From contig OZ242007.1 in the NCBI GenBank assembly GCA_965204695.1, positions 523,162-587,161 of the forward strand: a DNA stretch of 64,000 nt, in the 5' to 3' direction. Shown here piece by piece: positions 50,729 to 63,852 of this stretch (position 1 is its first letter; each line of letters starts with the position of its first letter). This DNA comes from Arenicellales bacterium. GTDB taxonomy: Bacteria; Pseudomonadota; Gammaproteobacteria; Arenicellales; JAHEKD01. Both the position numbers and the translations under genes were made by a program. Below the pieces are notes generated by a model. The model was given only the letters and a program-made list of their open reading frames with translations. It made no database searches and was not told the DNA's origin.

Positions 50729-52819
50729 TTAACTAGCTTTCTTTAAAACGACTTCAGTTACGTTGCTAGGAGCCGGCGAATACTTGGCAAATTCCATTGA
50801 GTATGTCGCACGACCCTGAGTGGCAGAACGCAATGAAGTTGCATATCCAAACATTTCAGAAAGTGGCACTTCACAGCGTACAATCTTACCGGCCGGTGCT
50901 TCTTCCATAGCCACGATAACACCGCGGCGTGAATTCAAATCACCATTGACTGAACCCATGTATTCTTCTGGTGTAACCACTTCCACATTCATAATCGGCT
51001 CCAATAAAACAGGCTTAGCTTTTTGGCAACCTTCTTTAAAGGCTAAAGCACCCGCTGTTTTAAACGCGAATTCTGACGAGTCAACTTCGTGGTAAGAGCC
51101 ATCATATAAAGTTACTTTGACATCAACAACCGGGTAACCACCCAACACGCCCGATGTCATTGCTTCTTCAATACCTTTATTTACAGCAGGGATATATTCT
51201 CTTGGAACTACCCCGCCTTTAATAGCATCGACAAACTCATAACCATCACCACGCTGCTGTGGTTCAATTTTCAGGTAAACATGTCCATATTGACCACGAC
51301 CACCTGATTGTTTTGCGTATTTATGTTCTTGTTCGACCGGCAAATTAATCGTTTCACGATAAGCCACTTGTGGTTTACCTACATTAGCTTCAACATTGAA
51401 TTCGCGCTTCATACGGTCAATGATGATGTCCAAATGCAACTCACCCATGCCGGAAATAATAGTTTGACCGGATTCTTCGTCAGTCCGCACACGGAAAGAT
51501 GGATCTTCCTGAGCCAATTTGCCCAAAGCCACGCCCATCTTTTCTTGATCAACCTTGGTTTTTGGTTCAACAGCTTGTGAAATAACCGGATCCGGGAACT
51601 CCATGCGTTCAAGCGTCACAATGTTATTCGGATCACATAAAGTATCGCCGGTGGTGACTTCTTTTAAACCAACAGCCGCGGCAATATCTCCAGCACGCAC
51701 CTCTTTAATTTCTTTACGGTCATTGGAGTGCATTTGAAGAATACGACCGATACGTTCTTTTTTACCTTTGACCGGGTTGTAAACTGTATCACCCGACTTC
51801 ATTACACCAGAATAAACACGGAAGAATACTAATTGACCAACAAATGGGTCGGTCGCGATTTTAAAACCTAATGCAGCAAATGGTTCGTCATCATCAGAGT
51901 TACGCACCACTTCTGTCTCGTCTGCAATGCCTCTGATTGCAGGAACATCTAAAGGATTGGGCATAAAATCGACTACAGCATCTAATAACGCTTGAACACC
52001 TTTATTTTTAAAGGCTGAACCACAGAGTACACAGACGATCTCATTATCTATGGTGCGTTGACGCAAACCTTTTTTAATATCTTCTACAGATAATTCACCT
52101 TCTTCAAGGTATTTATCCATTACCTCTTCATTCGCTTCAGCCGCAGCCTCAACCATTTTTTCACGATAAGATTCTGCTTCAGCCAGCATGTCATCAGCAA
52201 TGTCTCGCTCTTCAAAATTCACACCTTGAGTCGAATCGTCCCAGTAAATGGCTTTCATTTTGATTAAATCAACGACACCTTCAAAGCGATCTTCAGCGCC
52301 AATAGGTAATTGAATAGGCACTGGGTTGCTGCCTAAACGGGTTTTGATTTGATCAACACAGCGAAAGAAGTCTGCTCCAGCGCGGTCCATCTTATTAATA
52401 AAACACATGCGAGGAACGGCATATTTGTTAGCTTGACGCCATACTGTTTCCGATTGAGGTTCAACACCACCGACCGAATCGAATACCGCAACCGCACCAT
52501 CTAAAACACGCAAAGAGCGCTCAACTTCGATGGTAAAGTCTACGTGTCCCGGTGTATCGATAATATTGATACGATGTTCGGGATAATTTTGTGCCATACC
52601 CTTCCAGTGACAAGTCGTTGCCGCTGAAGTGATCGTAATACCGCGTTCTTGCTCTTGTTCCATCCAGTCCATAACAGCATTACCATCATGAACCTCACCG
52701 ATTTTGTGAGACAAACCCGTATAGAAAAGAATACGCTCGGTAGTCGTTGTCTTACCCGCATCAATATGCGCCATAATTCCTATATTTCTATAGCGCTGTA
52801 ATGGTGTTGTACGTGCCAC
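50729..52819 (-). CDS. fusA: Elongation factor G
   Basis: [20 protein letters not shown] and DTPGHVDF; 696 aa; GTG start. Confidence 0.98.
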   Translation of the reverse strand: MARTTPLQRYRNIGIMAHIDAGKTTTTERILFYTGLSHKIGEVHDGNAVMDWMEQEQERGITITSAATTCHWKGMAQNYPEHRINIIDTPGHVDFTIEVERSLRVLDGAVAVFDSVGGVEPQSETVWRQANKYAVPRMCFINKMDRAGADFFRCVDQIKTRLGSNPVPIQLPIGAEDRFEGVVDLIKMKAIYWDDSTQGVNFEERDIADDMLAEAESYREKMVEAAAEANEEVMDKYLEEGELSVEDIKKGLRQRTIDNEIVCVLCGSAFKNKGVQALLDAVVDFMPNPLDVPAIRGIADETEVVRNSDDDEPFAALGFKIATDPFVGQLVFFRVYSGVMKSGDTVYNPVKGKKERIGRILQMHSNDRKEIKEVRAGDIAAAVGLKEVTTGDTLCDPNNIVTLERMEFPDPVISQAVEPKTKVDQEKMGVALGKLAQEDPSFRVRTDEESGQTIISGMGELHLDIIIDRMKREFNVEANVGKPQVAYRETINLPVEQEHKYAKQSGGRGQYGHVYLKIEPQQRGDGYEFVDAIKGGVVPREYIPAVNKGIEEAMTSGVLGGYPVVDVKVTLYDGSYHEVDSSEFAFKTAGALAFKEGCQKAKPVLLEPIMNVEVVTPEEYMGSVNGDLNSRRGVIVAMEEAPAGKIVRCEVPLSEMFGYATSLRSATQGRATYSMEFAKYSPAPSNVTEVVLKKAS

Positions 52820-52848
52820 TTTCTTATTCCAGTCAATAATCTATCTAG

Positions 52849-53786
<938 letters not shown>

Positions 53787-53800
53787 AGTTACTTCACTTC

Positions 53801-53832
53801 AAAAAAATACCCTGCACAGTTCCTGTACAGGG
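53801..53832 (-). promoter_or_regulatory. Terminator-like hairpin plus U7 tract in the rpsL 5' leader
   Basis: Minus-strand RNA: CCCUGUACAG-GAA-CUGUGCAGGG (10 bp including one G.U pair), followed by UAUUUUUUUG. It ends 14 nt before the rpsL ATG. Confidence 0.55.
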
Positions 53833-53839
53833 AGCGGCG

Positions 53840-53868
53840 ATTCTAGGCAACAAGCCCGTTTTTGTCAA
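53840..53868 (-). promoter_or_regulatory. Sigma70-type promoter of the str (rpsL) operon
   Basis: Minus strand: TTGACA (53868-53863), a 17-nt spacer, then TAGAAT (53845-53840). The predicted TSS is at about 53833, at the foot of the leader hairpin. Confidence 0.6.
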
Positions 53869-53928
53869 CCTAAATACCAGATTTTATGCGGGATTCAGGG
53901 CAAAAGCGCAGCAAAGGCTGAATTACCC

Positions 53929-53955
53929 AAAAAAGCGGCAGCCCAGAGGCTGCCG
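53929..53955 (-). terminator. Rho-independent terminator after rpoC
   Basis: Minus-strand RNA: CGGCAGCC-UCUG-GGCUGCCG followed by CUUUUUUGG. It lies about 22 nt downstream of the rpoC stop. Confidence 0.75.
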
Positions 53956-53977
53956 TTAGCTTAAATTAAGGCAATAA

Positions 53978-56900
53978 TTAGGCTTCAGAAGCCTCTGCTT
54001 CTACCGTTTCGACAATTTCATCTTCAGAGCTAGAAATATCGGAAAAAGCATCTTCAAAAGCCTGCTGCGCACTGGCTTTTTTGTTTAAACGCCGCTGTTC
54101 ATGATAGGCCAGACCAGTTCCAGCTGGAATCAGGCGTCCAACGATTACATTTTCCTTCAAACCACGCAAATAATCGGTTTTGCCGGTAATCGAGGCCTCA
54201 GTGAGCACTCGAGTGGTTTCCTGGAAAGAAGCGGCTGAAATAAACGATTCTGTGGTTAATGAAGCTTTGGTAATGCCGAGAAGCATTTGGGTGTAATCAG
54301 CGGGCCTTTTACCCTGTTTAATCACCTTTTCATTTTCTTCCAACAAAATTGAGCGCTCAACTTGCTCACCAGGCAGTAAATGCGTATCGCCACCGTGGTC
54401 AACACGAACTTTACGCAACATTTGGCGAATAATGACCTCAATATGCTTATCGTTGATTTTTACACCTTGTAGACGATAAACATCCTGCACTTCATTAACA
54501 ATGTAATCACATAAGTGTTCTACACCGCGTAATGTCAGAATATCCTGTGCAACTGGCGGCCCGTCTACTAAAACTTCACCTTTATTCACGGTTTCACCCT
54601 CAAACACAGCAATTTGGCGTATTTTAGGGATTAACATTTCGTGTGTTTCACCGTCAGATTGAGTTAAAACTAGGCGAACTTTGCCTTTAAGTTCTTTACC
54701 AAACGAAACCACACCAGTAACCTCTGCCAAAATTGCAGGCTCTTTAGGCTTCCGTGCTTCAAACAGCTCGGCTACACGAGGCAAACCACCAGTAATATCA
54801 CGTGTTTTTGACGATTCTTGTGGAATTCGAGCTAAAACGTCTCCCTCACCCACATTAGCACCATCTTTAACGGTAATAATCGCACCAGGTTGAAGAATAT
54901 AACGCGCTGGAACATCGGTCCCAGGAATAGTCAGATCTTCACCTTTATCATCTACTAATGAAATCGTAGGTTTCACACTGGCAGCTGAACCACGGCTCTG
55001 ACGGGTATCTAGCACCACATATGTACTCAAGCCTGTATATTCATCGGTTTGTTTCTCAACGGTTACGTCCTCGACCATGTCAGAAAACTTAACTGAACCG
55101 CTTACCTCAGTAATAATTGGATGCGTATGTGGATCCCATTCTGCGACAATTTGACCAGCAGCAACGGAGTCCCCTTCGCCTACTGAAAGCGCACACCCAT
55201 AAGGCAATTTATAACGCTCTTTGTCTACACCATGGATATCACGAACAACTAATTCGCCAGAACGGCTGATTACAACCAGCTTTTTATCCTTGCGAGTGAC
55301 GAATTTAATATTGTTAAAGACAACACTACCTTCGTTTTTAACCTCTACGTTGCTAACCGCAGCAGAACCAGTTGCAGCACCACCGATATGGAAAGTACGC
55401 ATGGTTAACTGTGTGCCGGGCTCACCGATACTTTGTGCGGCGATAACTCCAACTGCCTCGCCCTTATTGACTTGGTGGCCACGACCTAAATCACGACCAT
55501 AGCACTTAGTACAAATGCCATAACGGGTTTCACAGGTTACCGGTGATCTAACCAATACTTCATTGATATTGTGATCTTCGATCAAAGCCACAAGTGCCTC
55601 ATCAAGCAAGGTATCATTTTCGACCAATACTTCCTCAGTAACAGGGTCAACAACATCACCAATCACCACACGACCCAAGATACGATCACCTAAAGGAATC
55701 ACAACGTCACCGCCTTGTACTAGAGCTTCACGCTTGATACCGCGACTAGTACCACAATCTTCTTCGGTAACCACCTGATCCTGACAAACGTCAACCAGAC
55801 GACGGGTTAGATAACCTGAGTTTGCCGTTTTTAATGCCGTATCAGCCAAACCTTTACGTGCACCGTGGGTTGAAATGAAGTATTGCAATACATTCAGCCC
55901 TTCACGGAAGTTCGCTGTAATTGGTGTTTCAATGATCGAACCGTCTGGTTTAGCCATTAATCCACGCATTCCAGCAAGCTGCCTGATTTGTGCATGTGAA
56001 CCACGAGCACCTGAATCGGCCATCATGTAAATAGAGTTGAATGAATCCTGAGTCACGGTCTTGCCATCAGCATCCACAGCTTCATCTACACCCAACTTGT
56101 CCATCATAGCATTAGCAACGCGGTCACTTGTACGAGTCCAGATGTCGACAACCTTGTTGTAACGCTCACCGTCGGTTAGCAAGCCTGAGGAATATTGGTT
56201 CTGGATACTTTTGACTTCATTTTCAGCCGTATTCAAAATTTCATCCTTCTCGACAGGAATGACCATGTCGTCAACACCGATAGACATACCTGCCTTGGCC
56301 GCCATTGAGAATCCGGTGTACATTAACTTATCCGCGAAAATAACCGTATCCTTGAGGCTAACATCGCGATAACAAATGTTGATGACTTCAGAAATTGCTT
56401 TTTTCTTTAATACACGGTTAAGATGTTTAAAAGCCATTCCGGCTGGTAACAATTCTGACAATAAAGCACGACCAGTAGTAGTATCATAAACTTTATAAGA
56501 ATCGACGAATTCACCATCTTCATTGGCTAATTGCTCACGAATTCGCACTTTAATCTCAGCGTGAATGCTCAGATTATGGTTTTCATAAGCACGTCGCACG
56601 TCACTTACATCGGAGAACCAACGACCCTCACCATGAGCACCAACACTATGTCTAGTCATGTAATAAAGACCTAAGACGATATCTTGCGATGGCACAATAA
56701 TCGGCTCACCATTGGCTGGTGAAAGAATATTGTTGGTCGACATCATTAATGAGCGTGCTTCCAGCTGTGCTTCAATTGACAAAGGCACATGTACGGCCAT
56801 CTGGTCGCCGTCGAAGTCAGCGTTGTATGGCGTGCATACCAATGGATGCAATTGAATCGCTTTACCTTCAATTAGCAGCGGCTCAAACGCTTGGATACCC

Positions 56901-58195
56901 AATCTATGCAGAGTTGGAGCCCGGTTTAACAACACTGGGTGTTCACGAATCACTTCTTCAAGAATATCCCAGACTTCGGGGGTTTCCTGCTCAACTAAAC
57001 GCTTAGCTTGTTTAATTGTCGTCGCCAAACCCTGGTATTGCAGTTTGCTGAATATGAACGGTTTGAATAATTCCAACGCCATTTTCTTGGGCAAACCACA
57101 TTGATGCAGTTTCAAAGTCGGGCCTACTACGATTACAGAACGACCTGAATAGTCAACACGCTTACCTAACAGATTTTGTCGGAAGCGACCTTGTTTACCC
57201 TTAATCATGTCGGCCAGCGATTTCAACTGACGTTTATTAGCTCCGGTCACAGCTTTTCCACGGCGACCATTGTCTAATAACGCATCAACCGACTCCTGTA
57301 ACATACGTTTTTCGTTACGTACGATAATGTCCGGCGCATTCAATTCAAGCAAACGCTTAAGACGGTTATTTCGGTTAATAACGCGTCGATATAAATCGTT
57401 TAAGTCAGAGGTCGCGAATCGACCACCATCTAATGGTACCAATGGGCGTAAGTCCGGTGGCAATACCGGCAACACTTCCATGATTAGCCATTCAGGTTTA
57501 TTTCCTGATGTGAGGAAAGCTTCGATAACTTTTAATCGTTTGCTTAATTTTTTAATTTTGGTTTCAGAGCGTGTAGCCGCTAAATCATCACGTAATTTAA
57601 TGGCTTCTTGCTCACAATCTAACGAACGAAGTAGATCACGCACCGCTTCGGCACCCATACGGGCTTCGAACTCATCACCATAAAGTTCGATAGCATCCAG
57701 GTAAGCTTCTTCTGTCAAAAGAGAACAACGCTCTAATGAAGTCATACCTGGATCGACGACCACATAGGCCTCGAAGTAAAGTACACGCTCAATCTCACGC
57801 ACAGTCATATCAAGCAATAAACCTAAACGTGATGGCAAAGATTTCAAAAACCAGATGTGTGCAATAGGACATGCGAGCTCAATATGCCCCATACGTTCAC
57901 GGCGAACTTTAGTCTGAGTAACTTCCACGCCGCATTTCTCGCAGATAACACCACGATGCTTAAGGCGCTTGTATTTACCGCACAAGCACTCATAGTCACT
58001 GATCGGACCGAACAACTTCGCGCAGAACAAACCGTCACGCTCTGGCTTAAAAGTACGATAGTTAATGGTTTCAGGTTTTTTAACCTCACCATAAGACCAG
58101 GAGCGTATTTTTTCCGGTGATGCAACACTAATACGGATTGCATCAAAATCTTCTTCTTTACCTGGTTGTTTGAATAATCTAAATAGATCTTTCAT
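53978..58195 (-). CDS. rpoC: DNA-directed RNA polymerase subunit beta'
   Basis: 1405 aa; zinc motif [23 protein letters not shown]; catalytic motif [12 protein letters not shown]. Confidence 0.98.
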   Translation of the reverse strand: MKDLFRLFKQPGKEEDFDAIRISVASPEKIRSWSYGEVKKPETINYRTFKPERDGLFCAKLFGPISDYECLCGKYKRLKHRGVICEKCGVEVTQTKVRRERMGHIELACPIAHIWFLKSLPSRLGLLLDMTVREIERVLYFEAYVVVDPGMTSLERCSLLTEEAYLDAIELYGDEFEARMGAEAVRDLLRSLDCEQEAIKLRDDLAATRSETKIKKLSKRLKVIEAFLTSGNKPEWLIMEVLPVLPPDLRPLVPLDGGRFATSDLNDLYRRVINRNNRLKRLLELNAPDIIVRNEKRMLQESVDALLDNGRRGKAVTGANKRQLKSLADMIKGKQGRFRQNLLGKRVDYSGRSVIVVGPTLKLHQCGLPKKMALELFKPFIFSKLQYQGLATTIKQAKRLVEQETPEVWDILEEVIREHPVLLNRAPTLHRLGIQAFEPLLIEGKAIQLHPLVCTPYNADFDGDQMAVHVPLSIEAQLEARSLMMSTNNILSPANGEPIIVPSQDIVLGLYYMTRHSVGAHGEGRWFSDVSDVRRAYENHNLSIHAEIKVRIREQLANEDGEFVDSYKVYDTTTGRALLSELLPAGMAFKHLNRVLKKKAISEVINICYRDVSLKDTVIFADKLMYTGFSMAAKAGMSIGVDDMVIPVEKDEILNTAENEVKSIQNQYSSGLLTDGERYNKVVDIWTRTSDRVANAMMDKLGVDEAVDADGKTVTQDSFNSIYMMADSGARGSHAQIRQLAGMRGLMAKPDGSIIETPITANFREGLNVLQYFISTHGARKGLADTALKTANSGYLTRRLVDVCQDQVVTEEDCGTSRGIKREALVQGGDVVIPLGDRILGRVVIGDVVDPVTEEVLVENDTLLDEALVALIEDHNINEVLVRSPVTCETRYGICTKCYGRDLGRGHQVNKGEAVGVIAAQSIGEPGTQLTMRTFHIGGAATGSAAVSNVEVKNEGSVVFNNIKFVTRKDKKLVVISRSGELVVRDIHGVDKERYKLPYGCALSVGEGDSVAAGQIVAEWDPHTHPIITEVSGSVKFSDMVEDVTVEKQTDEYTGLSTYVVLDTRQSRGSAASVKPTISLVDDKGEDLTIPGTDVPARYILQPGAIITVKDGANVGEGDVLARIPQESSKTRDITGGLPRVAELFEARKPKEPAILAEVTGVVSFGKELKGKVRLVLTQSDGETHEMLIPKIRQIAVFEGETVNKGEVLVDGPPVAQDILTLRGVEHLCDYIVNEVQDVYRLQGVKINDKHIEVIIRQMLRKVRVDHGGDTHLLPGEQVERSILLEENEKVIKQGKRPADYTQMLLGITKASLTTESFISAASFQETTRVLTEASITGKTDYLRGLKENVIVGRLIPAGTGLAYHEQRRLNKKASAQQAFEDAFSDISSSEDEIVETVEAEASEA

Positions 58196-58249
58196 TTTAA
58201 TTCCTCGATAGTTTATCGATTAAATATATTGCCCTAACTTAAGAAAACC

Positions 58250-61200
58250 TTAGTCGTCCAATTCGAACTCAACATTTAAGCCAAGTGATCGAATCTCTTT
58301 GGTTAATACGTTGAACGACTCAGGCATACCTGCATTCATGCGGTTATCACCTTTAACGATGTTCTCGTAGACTTTTGTTCGACCAGTGACATCGTCAGAT
58401 TTAACCGTTAACATTTCCTGCAGGGTATAAGCTGCGCCATAGGCTTCTAATGCCCAAACCTCCATTTCACCGAAACGTTGGCCGCCAAATTGAGCTTTAC
58501 CGCCTAAAGGCTGTTGCGTAATCAAACTATATGGGCCAGTTGAACGGGCATGCATTTTGTCATCCACCAAGTGATTGAGCTTCAAAATGTACATATAGCC
58601 AACCGTGACTTGACGATCAAACTGCTCACCGGTACGTCCGTCAAACAAAGTAGTCTGTCCGCTTTGTGGTAATCCAGCCAGTTTCAACAAATCTTTAACT
58701 TCACTTTCCAAAGCACCATCGAAAACCGGCGTTGCCATCGGCACACCGCCAACAAGATTTTTTGACAATTCAATAATCTCATCATCAGACAATGAATCCA
58801 GTTGTTCAGCTTTTCCGCTTTTATTGTAGATCTTGTCCAAATATTTTCTTAAATCAGCAACTTTGGCCTGCTTTTCTAACATTTGATCGATTTGTCGACC
58901 TAGATGTTTAGCTGCCCAGCCAAGGTGAGTTTCTAAAACCTGACCGACGTTCATACGTGAAGGTACGCCTAATGGATTAAGAACGATATCCACAGTTGTA
59001 CCGTCTTCCATGTATGGCATATCTTCCACAGGAACGATTCTGGAAATAACACCTTTATTACCATGACGCCCTGCCATTTTATCGCCGGGTTGTAGACGAC
59101 GTTTAACCGCTACAAACACCTTAACCATTTTCAACACACCTGGGGCCAAATCATCACCGGCAAAAATTTTGTGGCGTTTCTCTTCGAATAAATCGTCAAA
59201 ATATTTTTTCTGGCGAGCTAACTGTTCACGAATATTTTCGACCTCATCATTAACCTCAGCGTTTTTCAGGCGTATTTGGAACCATTCATCACGAGTTAAC
59301 TCAGTCAAATAGGCTTTGGTTATTTTTTCACCTGATTTAAGGCCCTTGGGACCGCCTTCAGCCTGTTTATTTAATAAGGCTTTTTCAATGCGGTCATAAA
59401 CATCGGATTCAACAATACGATATTGATCATCCAAATCTTTACGCACCTTGGCCAAATCAGACTCATCGATATCTCGTGCACGTGCATCTTTTTCAATGCC
59501 CTCACGCGTGAATACCTGTACATCAATAACCGTTCCTGACATTCCGGAAGGCATGCGCAGTGAGGTGTCTTTTACATCTGAAGCCTTTTCACCAAAGATT
59601 GCACGTAAAAGCTTTTCTTCAGGAGTAAGCTGAGTTTCACCTTTAGGCGTCACTTTACCAACCAATATATCTCCCGGAAGAACTTCTGCACCAACATACA
59701 CAATACCGGATTCATCCAGTTTAGATAGCGCCGATTCACTGACATTCGGAATATCACGCGTTACTTCCTCGCTACCTAACTTAGTATCACGAGTCACACA
59801 TGATAATTCCTCAATGTGAATCGAAGTATAAATGTCTTCCTTAACCAGACGTTCTGAAATAAGAATGGAATCTTCGAAGTTGTAACCATTCCAGGGCATG
59901 AAAGCAACTAACACGTTGCGGCCCAACGCTAATTCGCCCATATCTGTAGATGGGCCATCTGCTAACACATCGCCACGTGCGATTGCATCACCCACCTTGA
60001 CTAGTGGTCGTTGGTTAATAGTAGTATTCTGATTCGAACGGGTATATTTAACCAAGTTATAAATATCTACACCTGGCTCGTTGACACTGGTTTCATCGTC
60101 ATTGACACGAACAACGATACGACCGGCATCAACCAAGTCAACTACGCCGCCACGCTTAGCAATTACAGCCACACCAGAATCGCGAGCAACTGTACGCTCA
60201 ATACCGGTACCTACAAGTGGTTTTTCACTCTTAACGGTTGGCACTGCTTGGCGCTGCATATTTGATCCCATCAAAGCACGGTTAGCATCATCGTGCTCAA
60301 GGAATGGAATTAATGATGCAGCAACGGATACGATTTGTGATGGCCCTACATCGATGAAATCCACTTGATCTGGAGTAGATAAAGTAAATTCATTTTTATA
60401 ACGGCAAGAAACCAGCTCGTCTGTTAATTTCCCGGCATCGTTGTGAGTCGCATTTGCCTGAGCAATGACATATTTACCTTCTTCGATTGCTGATAAATAC
60501 TCAATATCTTCAGTAATAACTCCTTTTACAACTTTACGATATGGGGTTTCCAGAAAACCATATTCGTTAGTTCGTGCATAAACCGCCATCGAGTTAATCA
60601 AACCGATGTTTGGACCCTCAGGCGTTTCAATCGGACAAACTCGACCATAATGAGTTGGATGTACATCTCGCACTTCAAAACCGGCCCGTTCACGCGTCAA
60701 ACCACCAGGGCCTAAAGCTGAAACACGGCGTTTATGTGTAACTTCCGACAAAGGGTTGGTTTGATCCATAAATTGCGAAAGTTGACTGGAACCAAAAAAT
60801 TCTTTAACAACTGCCGATACAGGTTTTGCGTTAATCAAATCCTGTGGTGTCAAATTGTCTGTTTCAGCCATATTCAAACGTTCACGAACCGCACGCTCAA
60901 CACGAACCAAACCAACACGAAATTGATTTTCAACCAATTCACCCACTGAGCGAACACGTCGATTACCCAGGTTATCGATGTCATCAATATCACCTTGACC
61001 ATTTTTCAGACCAATTAGAATTTTCATCACATCAACGATATCTTGCTTGCTTAATGTGCCTGGACCTTCGTCATTATCACGGCCCAAACGTCGATTTAGC
61101 TTCATTCGACCTACTGCCGACAAGTCATAACGCTCAAGATTAAAAAACAGATTGGTAAATAATGCTTGCGCAGCTTCTTTCGTAGGAGGCTCACCTGGAC

Positions 61201-62335
61201 GCATCATACGATAGATTTCAATCTGTGCCTCAAGTTCACTATCAGTGGTATCAATCCTTAAGGTTTCAGAAATATAAGGGCCACGATCTAGATCATTGAT
61301 ATAAATAGTCTCAAGTTTAGTAATACCCAGTTCCAGTAACTGTTCATACAGTTCCTGTGTAATTACCGTATTGGCATCGGCAATCACTTCTCCTGTTTCT
61401 TCATCAACAATATTATGTGCCAGCGTTCGACCTAGGAAGTAGTCAACCGGTACCGATACTGTTTTGAGTTTAGCGCTTTCCATTTCACGAATATGGCGAG
61501 CGGTTATACGTCGACCTGCTTCGACGATAACGGTTTTTCCATCTGTTAGTTCAAATGAAAGCTCTTCACCGCGCAAACGTGATGGAATGAATTCCATTTC
61601 CACACTGTCATCTTTGAGAGTAAATGTATCGTTTTCGAAGAATAAGGCCAGAATTTCTTCAGTATTAAACCCTAATGCACGTAACAAAATTGTTGCAGGC
61701 AATTTGCGGCGACGATCTATACGAATATAAAGTAAATCTTTTGGATCAAATTCATAATCCAACCAAGAGCCACGGTAAGGAATAACCCTGGCAGAGAATA
61801 ACAACTTACCTGAAGCATGGGTTTTACCACGATCATGATCAAACAATACACCTGGTGAGCGATGTAGTTGTGAAACAATAACGCGTTCAGTACCGTTAAT
61901 CACAAACGTACCATTGTCTGTCATTAAAGGCATTTCACCCATGTAGACTTCTTGCTCTTTAATGTCTTTAATTTTACGATTGGTAGGTGTACTGGCTTCT
62001 TTATCAAATATAACCAATCGTAGAACGACTTTTAAAGGAGCGGTATACACCAACCCTTTTTGTTGACACTCACGAACATCGAAAGGCGGATTCTCGAGCC
62101 TATAGCTAACAAATTCCAACATTGAGCTACTGTTGTGTGCTTCAATAGGAAAAATTGATTTAAATGCAGCTTGCAAACCTCGATCGACACGTTGTTCTGC
62201 CAGCACTTCAGCCTGCAAATATTTACGATACGACTCAAGTTGAGTTTCAAGCAAGTATGGAATTTCCATTACCGGCTTTTTGCGTTTACTAAAGCTCTTA
62301 CGAATTCGCTTTTTTTCCGTAAATGTATAAGTCAT
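58250..62335 (-). CDS. rpoB: DNA-directed RNA polymerase subunit beta
   Basis: 1361 aa; N-terminus [15 protein letters not shown]; [32 protein letters not shown] (rifampicin-cluster region). Confidence 0.98.
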   Translation of the reverse strand: MTYTFTEKKRIRKSFSKRKKPVMEIPYLLETQLESYRKYLQAEVLAEQRVDRGLQAAFKSIFPIEAHNSSSMLEFVSYRLENPPFDVRECQQKGLVYTAPLKVVLRLVIFDKEASTPTNRKIKDIKEQEVYMGEMPLMTDNGTFVINGTERVIVSQLHRSPGVLFDHDRGKTHASGKLLFSARVIPYRGSWLDYEFDPKDLLYIRIDRRRKLPATILLRALGFNTEEILALFFENDTFTLKDDSVEMEFIPSRLRGEELSFELTDGKTVIVEAGRRITARHIREMESAKLKTVSVPVDYFLGRTLAHNIVDEETGEVIADANTVITQELYEQLLELGITKLETIYINDLDRGPYISETLRIDTTDSELEAQIEIYRMMRPGEPPTKEAAQALFTNLFFNLERYDLSAVGRMKLNRRLGRDNDEGPGTLSKQDIVDVMKILIGLKNGQGDIDDIDNLGNRRVRSVGELVENQFRVGLVRVERAVRERLNMAETDNLTPQDLINAKPVSAVVKEFFGSSQLSQFMDQTNPLSEVTHKRRVSALGPGGLTRERAGFEVRDVHPTHYGRVCPIETPEGPNIGLINSMAVYARTNEYGFLETPYRKVVKGVITEDIEYLSAIEEGKYVIAQANATHNDAGKLTDELVSCRYKNEFTLSTPDQVDFIDVGPSQIVSVAASLIPFLEHDDANRALMGSNMQRQAVPTVKSEKPLVGTGIERTVARDSGVAVIAKRGGVVDLVDAGRIVVRVNDDETSVNEPGVDIYNLVKYTRSNQNTTINQRPLVKVGDAIARGDVLADGPSTDMGELALGRNVLVAFMPWNGYNFEDSILISERLVKEDIYTSIHIEELSCVTRDTKLGSEEVTRDIPNVSESALSKLDESGIVYVGAEVLPGDILVGKVTPKGETQLTPEEKLLRAIFGEKASDVKDTSLRMPSGMSGTVIDVQVFTREGIEKDARARDIDESDLAKVRKDLDDQYRIVESDVYDRIEKALLNKQAEGGPKGLKSGEKITKAYLTELTRDEWFQIRLKNAEVNDEVENIREQLARQKKYFDDLFEEKRHKIFAGDDLAPGVLKMVKVFVAVKRRLQPGDKMAGRHGNKGVISRIVPVEDMPYMEDGTTVDIVLNPLGVPSRMNVGQVLETHLGWAAKHLGRQIDQMLEKQAKVADLRKYLDKIYNKSGKAEQLDSLSDDEIIELSKNLVGGVPMATPVFDGALESEVKDLLKLAGLPQSGQTTLFDGRTGEQFDRQVTVGYMYILKLNHLVDDKMHARSTGPYSLITQQPLGGKAQFGGQRFGEMEVWALEAYGAAYTLQEMLTVKSDDVTGRTKVYENIVKGDNRMNAGMPESFNVLTKEIRSLGLNVEFELDD

Positions 62336-62671
62336 AAAGACACCCTGGGGTTTACCCTTTAGTCCAGATTAAATTTGAGGAACCTTTGATTAAGTCCATA
62401 ATGGCACAGACGCCGTGCATTGAGTGTTAGATGCAAGGCGCGTTGCGCCATTAAGGGTTGTTCCCTTGATCAGCAATGCAACACCGTAGATGATACTCAA
62501 TGCCGCGTCCCGATTGGGTTTGCCACAAATGGCGTGCTCGCAGCGTTGCAGCACTCGTTGTATAGCTACGACATGCAACCTTCGTGCTGCGCCTTGCGAT
62601 CCCATCCATTTGCAAAAAACTGTGCTCATTAGCGACTTATTCAGAAGTTCCTTGAATACAAATACACAGCA

Positions 62672-62696
62672 GCAACCGACCCTCTTGGCCGGTTGC
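62672..62696 (-). terminator. Hairpin downstream of rplL; candidate partial terminator/attenuator before rpoB
   Basis: 7-bp stem gcaaccg / cggttgc with an 11-nt loop, about 40 nt after the rplL stop. The following tract is only moderately U-rich (UGCUGUGUAUUUGUAUU). Confidence 0.4.
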
Positions 62697-62737
62697 CAAT
62701 GTGAATATTTGTCTAGTTTTGAACAGTTTAAAACTAA

Positions 62738-63121
62738 TTACTTAAGCTCAGCGCTAGCGCCTGCTTCTTCAAGTCGCTTCTTGATATCTTCAGCTTCGTC
62801 TTTTGAAGCAGATTCTTTAATAGTAGTTGGTGCTGATTCGACCATGTCTTTAGCTTCTTTTAAGCCTAAGCCTGTGATCGCACGAACGACTTTAATGACG
62901 TTAACTTTCTTCTCACCGAATGATGAAAGCACAACATCAAACTCATCTTTTTCTTCAGCAGCACCGGCATCAGCGTCGCCTCCAGCAGGAGCTGCAACTG
63001 CGACAGCAGCTGCCTGAGCCGTTACACCAAATTTTTCTTCCATCATGGTAATCAGCTCGGCGATATCCAGAACCGATTTTTCCGCGATTTCATTCAACAA
63101 TTCTTCATTACTTAAAGCCAT
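62738..63121 (-). CDS. rplL: 50S ribosomal protein L7/L12
   Basis: Ala-rich hinge [12 protein letters not shown], with C-terminal [21 protein letters not shown]. Confidence 0.97.
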   Translation of the reverse strand: MALSNEELLNEIAEKSVLDIAELITMMEEKFGVTAQAAAVAVAAPAGGDADAGAAEEKDEFDVVLSSFGEKKVNVIKVVRAITGLGLKEAKDMVESAPTTIKESASKDEAEDIKKRLEEAGASAELK

Positions 63122-63145
63122 GATTAATTCTCCAAAATAAAATAA

Positions 63146-63673
63146 TTACTGAGCAGCCTCTTTGCTCGCTTGATACGCGTTAAGAGTACGCACAAATTTT
63201 GACGGTACTTCATTAAGTGTTTGAGCCAGTTTCGTAATAGGCGCTTGCATAGTACCCATCAGTTTTGCCAACAGCTCTTCGCGTGAAGGTAGTTTTGCCA
63301 AGTCAGCGATTTGTTGCGTAGACATTTCAGCACCGTTCATGGCACCTACTTTGATTTGCAAAATATCGTTATCTTTGGCGAAATTATTCATCACTTTCGC
63401 GACAGCCACTGGGTCTTCCGATGCCGCTAATGCAATAGGGCCAACGAAATGATCACTCAAGCACTCAAAGTCAGAACCTTCAACAACGCGTTTAGCCAGT
63501 GTGTTTTTCAAAATTCGAACATACACACCCGCTTCTCTTGCTTGCGACCGCAAAGCAGTCATTTGAGCAACGCTGAGGCCACGATATTCAGCCAACACAG
63601 CTGCTTGAGCGTTAGACATAGCGTCTGACACTTCCGCAACCAGGGCCTTTTTATCCTCTAAATTGAGGGCCAT
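63146..63673 (-). CDS. rplJ: 50S ribosomal protein L10
   Basis: MALNLEDKKALVAEVSDAMSNAQAAVLAEYRGLSVAQMTALR. Confidence 0.97.
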   Translation of the reverse strand: MALNLEDKKALVAEVSDAMSNAQAAVLAEYRGLSVAQMTALRSQAREAGVYVRILKNTLAKRVVEGSDFECLSDHFVGPIALAASEDPVAVAKVMNNFAKDNDILQIKVGAMNGAEMSTQQIADLAKLPSREELLAKLMGTMQAPITKLAQTLNEVPSKFVRTLNAYQASKEAAQ

Positions 63674-63852
63674 TTGAGTTACCTCCAGTTTGTTTACGGT
63701 TGCCCAGTTCAGGAGAGTCCTAGTCAGGGTTCACCGTCTGCGCAGGATGATCCTATGATCGATTAAACTTCTCTCAGATGAGTTCGGTTCCTGCGGTCTT
63801 TGACTTGCCTTACTAAATCACCGAAGTAATTCAGCCAAGCACCCAAATCTTT
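63674..63852 (-). promoter_or_regulatory. rplJ 5' leader (candidate L10/L12 autoregulatory leader region)
   Basis: 179-nt spacer between rplA and rplJ. It contains a 7-bp long-range helix (63741-63747 with 63789-63795) and an internal GAUC-AUAG-GAUC hairpin. The function is inferred from its position only. Confidence 0.3.

Noticed and set aside
57270-57683. A 137-aa plus-strand ORF, along with several other 60-100-aa ORFs inside rpoC, rpoB, fusA, mtkB and gyrA.
   Set aside because: All lie antisense to, or out of frame within, long and unambiguous conserved genes. They have no SD sequences and low-complexity products.
62390-62632. A 79-aa minus-strand ORF (MSTVFCKWMG...) and a Cys-rich 70-aa plus-strand ORF between rplL and rpoB, considered as possible small proteins.
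   Set aside because: They overlap each other almost completely on opposite strands. Neither has a Shine-Dalgarno sequence; the plus ORF starts at TTG, and the minus ORF's ATG is preceded by ctgaataagtcgcta. The region looks like GC-rich structured leader RNA. I kept it as an RNA-structure finding instead.
62490-63017. A 175-aa plus-strand ORF.
   Set aside because: It is antisense to rplL and runs into the spacer. Its Ala/Ser-rich low-complexity product mirrors the Ala-rich L7/L12 hinge. It is a shadow ORF.
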